From assembly GCF_000142905.1 (NCBI RefSeq), contig NW_013657678.1:124001-188000 (forward strand): a stretch of 64,000 nucleotides of DNA, given 5' to 3'. The DNA comes from Thecamonas trahens ATCC 50062. Taxonomy: Eukaryota; Protista; Apusomonadida. Under the pieces are notes generated by a model. It did no database searches and was not told where the DNA came from. It saw only the letters and a program-made list of their open reading frames with translations. Shown here piece by piece: positions 56,501 through 64,000 of the stretch. The stretch's first letter is position 1; each line of letters begins with the position of its first letter. Position numbers and translations under genes: made by a program.

Positions 56501-57113
56501 AGTTGCGGCTGGTCAGCATCCGCGCAGCTGCGGATGACGCCACCAACCGCGCCGCGGTCACGCGGTCACAGGCAGCGCCGCGGGTGTCAAAAACAACCGA
56601 CGACGCCGACGGCGAGGCCGCCGACACCTCGATAAGAGAGGCTGATGTTGTGTGCTGGGCACGCTGGCCAAGCGCAGTCGCCAATGCATCAGCGTCGAGG
56701 CCAAAGACCGAGGAGCCCACGGCAGCGAGGACGTCGGCCACAGCGGCCGGCAAACCCTCGACAACAAGCGCAGGCTGCTTCGAGTCGGAATACACCACCG
56801 TACCGGGAAGCTCTTCCGACGGCAGTGTCGGCAAAGGAGCCTGGGGCGGCAGCGGGAGCTGAAGGCGGAGAACGGCCTTGCGCGGGACGGCTGCGATGAC
56901 CGCAGCCATGGCCCGGGCCAGCGAGAGCGGATGGCGAGTCGGGTGCTGTGCAGTGACGAGGACAGAACCGTCGGCAACTGAAGCCACAGTCATAGACACG
57001 CCCGATGCATCAGCAACCTTGTTGACCAGCCTGGCATCGACGTTGCCGGCCGGCACCAGCGCCAGCCAGCCCGTTGCCCGCCGAGAAAGCAGCTGCGGCT
57101 CTGACAAAGACAT
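50530..57113 (-). CDS. Giant (~1,950 aa) protein with multiple degenerate KH-like repeats and an acidic repeat tail; exons 57113-56301, 56015-53673, 53217-50530
   Basis: Two phase-0 GTATGT...CAG introns join three ORFs; GILLGKKGRHLKEVKSTTGANI, GFVVGKKGKHLAAL, GALLAGGKRAKFKELERETGAQL. Confidence 0.65.
50755..51420 (-). repeat. Acidic coding minisatellite (E/A/V/T/D) with higher-order ~150/~300-bp periodicity
   Basis: ctcaggctcggcagcttcaagctcggtctcaacatcagcc starts at 50842, 51004, 51157 and 51301. Confidence 0.9.
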
Positions 57114-57545
57114 CACAAAAATCTGCTAATCCACCGCAGACCGCCTCGAACGAGCCCTGGCGCGGCAATGCAGATAGCGACCCGGCAACCTAGAAGGTTC
57201 GCAAAGGTATGGGTAGACGTAGTCAAACCCCGGCCGCCTGCCTGTCTTGTCCAGCAGCGACAAGTGTTATCAAGCGTACAATAAAGCCGTGTCCTGTAGC
57301 AGACGGTGGCCGCAAGCCTCACACCGCAGCCAGCTCACACCGCAAACACAAATGCAAACACAAACACATTTTGATTTCCGGCTGGTGGCCGAGACGAGAG
57401 TACGACGCCACACGTTGCCACGGTTGACGATCGGCCGCCGATCGACAGCCGCCCGGCGGGCCGACTCGGCTGGCGATCGACTGCGGCAGGTCGACCACAC
57501 CATGCGGCGCTTGGGCGCCGTTGCTGCGCCCAATGTGGTACGTGG

Positions 57546-60086
57546 CTAGAGGCGGACAAATCCGGTACGTCGCGAGCGGGAGCGGACCACAAAGAAGCCG
57601 GTAATGCACATGGCCAGTACGCCAACACCGGCGATGAGGCCGATGATGAGCTCGAGGGTGTGCGCCCACGAGACTGAGATACGGAAGGGCGAGCCGAGCG
57701 CCGGCTCGTTGTCGACCATGATCCACAGCTCGTATGTTCCGGTCTTGTCAATCGAGTACGAGCAAGAGACGGCGGCGCCGATGCTCGGGTCGTGGACCTC
57801 GGCGCAGCTGACGGCGTACGACCGCGGGCCGGTGATGTGCGCCGCAATCGAGTTGTTGCCGAGCGAGGCGAGCACGTTCCCAAACGCGTCCTCGACAAGG
57901 ACGAGGAACGACTCGGTCCGGCCGGTCACGGTCGACGAGAGAGCCGACGATGACGTTGCTCGGACGTGCGAGGCGGTCGGGTCCGCGCGGGCCGGTACGA
58001 CTGTCATGTCAAACGGCGAGTGAAGAATCGGGGCAGAGTTGACCGTGACGGCGATGGTGTAGTCGCCGGCGACCGTCGCGTCGTACGCGACGTCAAAGCT
58101 TCCGGTCTGCGAGTTGTAGGTGGAGGAGGCATCGACGGTGGCCCCTCCGCCACCAGAGCTAATAGTGACTGCGAGCGCCGTCTTCGCCTGCGACACCAGG
58201 TTACCATACGCATCCCGCGGTGTGACCGTAAACACGGCGTGAGCGCCGGCAACATGGGCAGCGTTGATGCCGGCACCGGCAGCGACACACTTGGACGGAT
58301 CGGGCACGTTGTCAGTGACGACAAGGACCGACGAAGGGAACGAGGCGGCGTCGGTACCGTCGCCGACAGTCACGTCGAGCGCGTACGTACCGGTGATGGT
58401 GGCGGTGTACGAGACCGTGACATTGCCCTTGACTGCGGGCGAGACTGCAGCAGTTACCGGGGCTGGGCCGGCGGTGAACGAGGCGGTAACGGGGGTGGTC
58501 GTGCCCGAGGCCGCCACCGTGTTGCCAAACGCGTCGTAGAGCTGGAGTGAAAAGGCAGATGCAACGCCGGCGACAGCGTTAAACTGGGCCGCTCCGGCGA
58601 ACTTTGTCCTCGCTGGATCGACAGGCCCCGGCGTGACAGCGACATCAAAGACTGCTCCACCTTGAACGCCGACCCCGCCGATGGAGAGCGAGAGCGTTGA
58701 CGATCCGGTCACCCGCAGGATCATGGTACATGTGTAGACGCCGTCACCGGTGTAGATAAAGGTAAACGACGGGGTCGGATCCTGTACAGGCAGAATGTGG
58801 GCAGTGATGACAACCGAGTCCGAGTCGACCACGTTGCCGTACTGGTCGTGGATGGTGACCGAAAACGAGGAGGCGTCGCCGGCAGTAACGGTGGCGGCGA
58901 CATCAGCGACAGTCGAGGCGGTGGCGTCAACCGCACCCGGAGCGAGTTGAACCGCAAACGGCGCGCCGACTACAGCCACGCCGTCCAGAGTCACGTCAAG
59001 GTTGTGGCTTCCAGCAACGGTGGCGCTGTAGCTGCCAGAGTAGCTGCCGTCGGCGCCAGGCGTGCACGGAAACGAGACGCCGAGCTCGAGAAGCGTGAGC
59101 TGGCACTCGAGGGCGGCAGCGTCGCGATGGTACGGATACCCGTACTGATCATGGAGCTGGACAGCGACCGGCAGGTTGGCGCCGACAGAGCCGCCGGCGA
59201 GGCCGGTGCCTGAAGCACGCGAGGTGTTGGCATTGGCTGCGCCGAGAAAGGCATACGACCAGGCGAGGACGTCCTGGACGTCGGCAGTGTCGTCTGTGGC
59301 GCCGGTGATCATGAGCGACGCCGTGCCACCGGCGCCCAGATCGAGCAGCTCGTTGAGTGTGTGGTTGCGCGGGAGGTGGCAGATGCCGACAGGGGGCTGA
59401 ATGCCTTCGGCCCAGACGGTGAGGGTAGCTGTGGCGTCTGGCGAGGCGTCCCAGCCGTACGGCGGCTCGTAGCGGACGGTGACTGTGTACGGGGATGGGC
59501 TGGGGTTGGCCATGGGAACTATGCCGGTGATGATTGGGCAAAGGCGGGCGGACGAAGCCTCGTCGGCCGAGTTGGGCGCAGTACCGGCCGAGTGGACCGA
59601 GATGTGGTCCGACGACGGATCGCCGAGCTCCGGGTTCGAGAACGTGTCCATCTCGATGGCAAACGAGTTGGGCAGGCCGCCAAGGCCGGTCGGATCCAGG
59701 TCGCCGTATCCAATGCCGCCGCCGTAGGTACCTGTTGTCTGTGGCGAGTTGAGAATGACGAGGGCGAGGCCGTCGCGCCCGCCGCCAGCAGCCACGTTGG
59801 ACATCTCAAAGGTGAGCGAGGTCTCAAAGCCACGGACCAGCATCGGAGCCGACCAACGGGCCGAGGAAGACCATCGCGGAGTATCCGGCGTCATCCGCAG
59901 CCTATCGCCTGCAGCGCCCTCAGACCTCGTCAGCGTCATGTTGTTGGCGAGGACTGCAGCCGTGAAGGCTGTCACCTCCAGCCCATACGGCGCCGTCCTT
60001 GGGTTGGGCGTCCCCACCACGGTAGCAGCGCAGGCGCAGGCGCATACCACCACCACCAGCCACACCAAGTTAAAGGTGAGCCGCAT
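57546..60086 (-). CDS. Type I membrane protein: L-type (legume) lectin plus ~5 filamin-type Ig repeats
   Basis: Signal peptide; RLRMTP, GFETSLTF, DGLALVI, GGGIGY, FAIEMDTFSN..DPSSDHISV; repeats with DxYGN...YxxSY.AT.AG...GSPF; C-terminal TM and RSRSRRTGFVRL*. Confidence 0.85.
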   Translation of the reverse strand: MRLTFNLVWLVVVVCACACAATVVGTPNPRTAPYGLEVTAFTAAVLANNMTLTRSEGAAGDRLRMTPDTPRWSSSARWSAPMLVRGFETSLTFEMSNVAAGGGRDGLALVILNSPQTTGTYGGGIGYGDLDPTGLGGLPNSFAIEMDTFSNPELGDPSSDHISVHSAGTAPNSADEASSARLCPIITGIVPMANPSPSPYTVTVRYEPPYGWDASPDATATLTVWAEGIQPPVGICHLPRNHTLNELLDLGAGGTASLMITGATDDTADVQDVLAWSYAFLGAANANTSRASGTGLAGGSVGANLPVAVQLHDQYGYPYHRDAAALECQLTLLELGVSFPCTPGADGSYSGSYSATVAGSHNLDVTLDGVAVVGAPFAVQLAPGAVDATASTVADVAATVTAGDASSFSVTIHDQYGNVVDSDSVVITAHILPVQDPTPSFTFIYTGDGVYTCTMILRVTGSSTLSLSIGGVGVQGGAVFDVAVTPGPVDPARTKFAGAAQFNAVAGVASAFSLQLYDAFGNTVAASGTTTPVTASFTAGPAPVTAAVSPAVKGNVTVSYTATITGTYALDVTVGDGTDAASFPSSVLVVTDNVPDPSKCVAAGAGINAAHVAGAHAVFTVTPRDAYGNLVSQAKTALAVTISSGGGGATVDASSTYNSQTGSFDVAYDATVAGDYTIAVTVNSAPILHSPFDMTVVPARADPTASHVRATSSSALSSTVTGRTESFLVLVEDAFGNVLASLGNNSIAAHITGPRSYAVSCAEVHDPSIGAAVSCSYSIDKTGTYELWIMVDNEPALGSPFRISVSWAHTLELIIGLIAGVGVLAMCITGFFVVRSRSRRTGFVRL

Positions 60087-60553
60087 GCTAGACGGGAGGG
60101 AGAGGTGGGTGGGTGAAGCGGGGAGGGGAGGGGGTGGCGGGGGGGGGGGAGGGAGGGAGGGTGCGTGGCGCGTGCGATTGCCGTCGCCGGTCAGCCACAC
60201 ACGACACGCGACACGTGCAGACTGGCAATATGGGGAGGAACAGGGCTGGATCGGTACATCTAGGGCGGATGGAAGTGGAGGGAGGGGATAGAGGGAGGGG
60301 GTAGGGATGCCGATCGGTGTTGAGCTGGGTTGTCTATGGGATAGTTGTGTCGTTGCGGGTGGGCGCCTCTCTGGTCGTGGGTACGTTGTCGGCTTGGGAG
60401 AGCGCAGGTTCCGCAGGGAGAGAGGGTGGAGACGGTGGGGGGGGGGGGGGGGGGGGGAAGGCCGGGGAAGCTCGCTGTTGAGCACCTATCTACCTGGCCA
60501 CGGTGGAAGAGGCGACAGGTTGCAGGGAGTAGAGCAGGGGGGTCAAGGGCGCC

Positions 60554-61099
60554 ATGGGCATGCTGTTCTCCTCGATGTGGGACCGGCTGAAGGGCGGGCC
60601 GAAGCAGCACAAGATCGTGATCATCGGCAACGCCAACGCCGGCAAAACGACGACACTGTACAAGCTGGTGCTGGACGAGGCGATCGATACAGCACCGACG
60701 CTGGGCTCCAATGTGGAGGAGCTGGTTTACAAGAACATCAAGTTTGTGATGTGGGATCTCGGCGGGCAGGAGTCACTCCGCAAGACGTGGGCATCGTACT
60801 ACACCTCGTCAGAGGCCATCATCCTGGTGGTCGACTCGACCGATCGCGAGCGTATGCATCTCAATCGCGAGGAGCTGTATAGCATACTCAACTCGGAAGA
60901 GCTGCGCTCGGCGTGCATCCTCATCTTTGCCAACAAGCAGGACGTCGCCGACGCGCTCTCAGTCTCGGAAATCTCGCGCGAGCTCAACTTGGCGTCCATC
61001 AAGACCCATCCATACCACATCCAGCCGTGCTGTGCCCTCTCTGGCGACGGCCTGCTCGAGGGCCTCGACTGGATCACGGCCAACATGGCGAGCGGGTAA
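60554..61099 (+). CDS. ARL5: ADP-ribosylation factor-like GTPase 5
   Basis: MG start, GNANAGKTT, PTLGSNVEE, WDLGGQESLR, ANKQD, CCAL. Confidence 0.88.
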   Translation: MGMLFSSMWDRLKGGPKQHKIVIIGNANAGKTTTLYKLVLDEAIDTAPTLGSNVEELVYKNIKFVMWDLGGQESLRKTWASYYTSSEAIILVVDSTDRERMHLNREELYSILNSEELRSACILIFANKQDVADALSVSEISRELNLASIKTHPYHIQPCCALSGDGLLEGLDWITANMASG

Positions 61100-61228
61100 A
61101 CCAACAGAGTAGCCGCCGTGGATGTGGGCCAATAGCCAACTTGGCCAGTGGCATGTGGGTGACTCGCCTCCACCACCTCCACCTCCAACTGGCGTCTGTT
61201 CGGCCACCCCACTCACTGCGACCCAGCA

Positions 61229-62812
61229 ATGGTACGCTACATGCGACGAGAGCCAAGCCACCACCCCCCCACCCCCCACCCCCACCCCGCACACCCACAG
61301 CCATGCCCATTCGCAACACACATGCAAACCCACCATGCCACACCATGCCACACTCACCCATACACCCTCTCCCAACTTTCCCCCCTCCCGCAGTTCACCC
61401 TTCCTCGCCTCGCTGTGGCGCCGGCCCTCGGCCGCACCGCCTCCTCTGCCCTCGCTGCGTCCCTGTCGACGGCGGCGGCTGCCCGGGCCGGGCCGGCAGT
61501 CAAGGTTGACCGCAAGAAGGAGATCCAGGCTGCCAAGGGACGCAACGTGGTGCTCGTGGACGCCGCGCGGACGCCGTTTGTCATGGCCGGGACCGACTTT
61601 AAGCCGCTCTGGTCGCACGACCTGCTGCGCAAGGCCTTCAAGGGCCTCCTCGCCAAGACGCAACTCGACACGGAGCATCTCGACTATGTGATTGCCGGCA
61701 ACGTGCTGCAGGAGGTGAAGACGTCGAATGTGGCGCGTGAGGCTGCGCTCGGCGCCGGGATCCCGGACTCGGTCCCGGCCCACACGGTGACCATGGCGTG
61801 CATCTCGTCGAACCAGGCGCTGACGACGGGCGCATCCATGATTGCGTCGGGCCAGATTGACTCGATGATCTTTGGCGGTACCGAGGTCATGTCGGACGTG
61901 CCGATCCGGTTCTCGCGCCCGCTCCGCCGGCTCATGCTCGACGCGCAGAAGGTCCGCTCGCCGCAGGGCTGGATCAACCTGCTCAAGCGGTTCCGCCCGA
62001 GCATGCTCGCGCCGGAGCTCCCGGCCGTCGCCGAGTTCTCGACCAACGAGGTCATGGGCCACTCGGCAGACCGCCTCGCCGCGGCCTTTGACATCTCGCG
62101 CGAGGCGCAGGACGACTTTGCGCTCCGCTCGCACATGAACGCGCTCGAGGCCGGAAAGGCCGGCAAGCTGTCGGACATTGTCCCGGTGTACGTGCCAGGC
62201 AAGAAGGAGCCCGTCGTCGCTGACAACGGCGTTCGCATCACACCGCGCGAGAAGCTCGCATCGCTCAACCCGGCCTTTGTCAAGCCGCACGGCACCGTGA
62301 CGGCGGGCAACGCCTCGTTCCTCACCGACGGCGCCTCGGCCGGCCTCATCATGTCCGAGGACAAAGCTCTGGAGCTCGGCTACAAGCCGCTCGCCTACAT
62401 CCGCGAGTACGAGTACGTGGCCCAGGACCCCAAGGATGAGCTCCTCCTCGGCCCGGCCTACGTCACGCCCAAGGTCCTCGCCAAGGCCGGCCTCACCCTC
62501 GACGACATCTCCGTCTTTGAGTACCACGAGGCCTTTGCCGGCCAGCTCCTCGCCAACATTGCTGCCCTCGAATCCGAGTGGTTCTGCAAGAACAAGCTCG
62601 GCCTTGACGCCGCCTTTGGCTCCATCGACATGGACAAGCTCAACAACTGGGGCGGCTCGCTCTCCATCGGGCACCCGTTCGCCGCTACCTCGACCCGCCT
62701 CACTTACCACGCTGCCAAGCGCCTCCAGGACGCCGACACCAAGTACGCCCTCACCGCCGCCTGCGCCGCCGGCGGCCTCGGCTCCGGAAACGTCATCGAG
62801 CGCTACGAGTAG
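61229..62812 (+). CDS. HADHB: Mitochondrial trifunctional enzyme beta subunit (3-ketoacyl-CoA thiolase); ATG-only first coding exon, intron 61232-61393
   Basis: EVKTSNVAREA, TVTMACISSNQA, PELPAVAEFST, QDPKDELLLGPAY, HEAF, GGSLSIGHPF, ACAAGG; transit peptide MFTLPRLAV... Confidence 0.93.
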   Translation: MVRYMRREPSHHPPTPHPHPAHPQPCPFATHMQTHHATPCHTHPYTLSQLSPLPQFTLPRLAVAPALGRTASSALAASLSTAAAARAGPAVKVDRKKEIQAAKGRNVVLVDAARTPFVMAGTDFKPLWSHDLLRKAFKGLLAKTQLDTEHLDYVIAGNVLQEVKTSNVAREAALGAGIPDSVPAHTVTMACISSNQALTTGASMIASGQIDSMIFGGTEVMSDVPIRFSRPLRRLMLDAQKVRSPQGWINLLKRFRPSMLAPELPAVAEFSTNEVMGHSADRLAAAFDISREAQDDFALRSHMNALEAGKAGKLSDIVPVYVPGKKEPVVADNGVRITPREKLASLNPAFVKPHGTVTAGNASFLTDGASAGLIMSEDKALELGYKPLAYIREYEYVAQDPKDELLLGPAYVTPKVLAKAGLTLDDISVFEYHEAFAGQLLANIAALESEWFCKNKLGLDAAFGSIDMDKLNNWGGSLSIGHPFAATSTRLTYHAAKRLQDADTKYALTAACAAGGLGSGNVIERYE

Positions 62813-62993
62813 GCTAGAGTGTAAACCCTGTGACTAGACACAGCGTGTGATGCAGAGTCCTCACACTGACCGAGGCCGCAGCCCCAGCCCCAAAGCCAGC
62901 CACCAGGTCACGCGGGTTGTGCAGGCCTTGCAGCCAGCAAGAGAGCCACCTCTCCCCTCCCCCTCCCCCCCCCCTCCCCCACCTCACCCAACC

Positions 62994-64000
62994 ATGGCGT
63001 CCATCCGCGACTTCTTCGCAGAGGGCCCGTACCCCCTCTGGGTCCTCGCCCTGCTCGTGACGGCGTACCTGCTCAACCAGCTCGACCGGTACACCCTCGC
63101 CATCACTTCCAAGGAGATGGTTCCGCTCGGCGGCAACGGCACGGGCTTCCGCTACCAGATCCTCGCCGGCCCAGTCTTCACCCTCGTCTACACTCTTGCG
63201 GGCCTCCCGGTCGGCTACATCGCCGATCGCTTCAACCGTGTCCGCATCTTTGTCGCCGCCATCCTGGTTTGGTCGGCGGCGACGGCCGCCATGGGCGCCG
63301 CCGACACCTACTGGCAGCTCGTCCTCGCCCGCGCGGGGCAGGGCATGGGCCAGGCTGGGTGCAATCCCATCGCCAACGGCCTCATCGCCGAGTACTTTGC
63401 GCCCTCCACCCGCGGCACCGCCCTCGGCATCTACCAGTGGGGCATCTACACTGGCTACTCGCTCTCCTTTGGCGCCGCAGGGCCCATCTCGGCACGCTAT
63501 GGCTACCGCTGGGTGTACTATGCCTTTGGTCTCGCGGGCGTCCCCATCGCCGCCGCCATCTACGCCACTGTCCGTGAGCCCCGCGCGGCGTCCACGACGA
63601 CAAGACTATCGCCCTCTCCGAGGGCAAGCCGCCGGCCAAGCCGTCGCTCTGGACCGTCCTCACCTTCTTTGCTCGCCCCTCACTGCTCCTCCTCTGCCTC
63701 GCAGGTGCCATCCGCAACTCGGCCGGCTACGTCTGGGCCTTTAACACAGAGATCTTCTTTGAGAACGTCCACGGCCTCTCCAAGGTCGACATCGCCAAGT
63801 ACATGTCGGTCATCCCACTCGTGGGCGGCTCGCTCGGCGCCCTCCTCGGCGGCATCATCGCAGACCGCATCATCAAGAAGCGCGGCATGGCTGCCCGCAT
63901 CTGGGTCCTTGTCTTCTCCCAAATCCTCGCAGCCCCCTTGCCGCAGGCGCCCTCCTCCTCAATCCGCCGTGGGCCTTTATCTCGCTCATCCCCGCAAACG
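62994..64000 (+). CDS. Spinster-like MFS transporter, truncated by the window end; apparent frameshifts at 63579-63582 and 63933-63939
   Basis: YLLNQLDRY, GLPVGYIADRFNR, LARAGQGMGQAG, IAEYF..RGTALGIY, GGIIADR. Confidence 0.88.
   Translation, partial: MASIRDFFAEGPYPLWVLALLVTAYLLNQLDRYTLAITSKEMVPLGGNGTGFRYQILAGPVFTLVYTLAGLPVGYIADRFNRVRIFVAAILVWSAATAAMGAADTYWQLVLARAGQGMGQAGCNPIANGLIAEYFAPSTRGTALGIYQWGIYTGYSLSFGAAGPISARYGYRWVYYAFGLAGVPIAAAIYATVREPRAASTTTRLSPSPRASRRPSRRSGPSSPSLLAPHCSSSASQVPSATRPATSGPLTQRSSLRTSTASPRSTSPSTCRSSHSWAARSAPSSAASSQTASSRSAAWLPASGSLSSPKSSQPPCRRRPPPQSAVGLYLAHPRK

Noticed and set aside
60959-62710. 583-aa antisense ORF opposite HADHB, and similar long antisense ORFs at 2057-3298, 7726-10656, 35245-38131 and 43268-45541
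   Set aside because: Expected from high GC3 codon bias; no recognisable motifs.

Overview
GC-rich, gene-dense, intron-poor eukaryotic nuclear DNA. It resembles an apusomonad such as Thecamonas, but that is inferred from style only (GTAYGY donors, poly-C/G tracts, gene content). I find about 27 protein-coding genes and two N-gaps, and no rRNA, tRNA, CRISPR array or mobile element. Housekeeping genes include IPI1/TEX10, TPX2, importin-beta, INTS3, an ABCB half-transporter, DNA ligase I, a GDP-fucose transporter, ARL5, HADHB and a spinster-like MFS. The unusual architectures are: (1) three RanBP2/NZF zinc fingers fused to a bacterial-type CBM48-GH13 glucan enzyme, close to a Cys->Asp pseudo-deubiquitinase; (2) a tandem calponin-homology domain fused to a class III adenylyl cyclase; (3) a receptor with a bacterial solute-binding ectodomain, kinase, degenerate cyclase and second kinase; (4) a two-TM protein with an AapJ-like amino-acid-binding domain and a possible transcription-factor-like N-terminus; (5) a ~1,950-aa multi-KH-like protein split across three ORFs; (6) an L-lectin/filamin-repeat surface protein. 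Seven apparent one-base deficits at homopolymers interrupt six genes. These are most likely sequencing undercalls, but this is testable. All domain calls are by eye, not from database searches.
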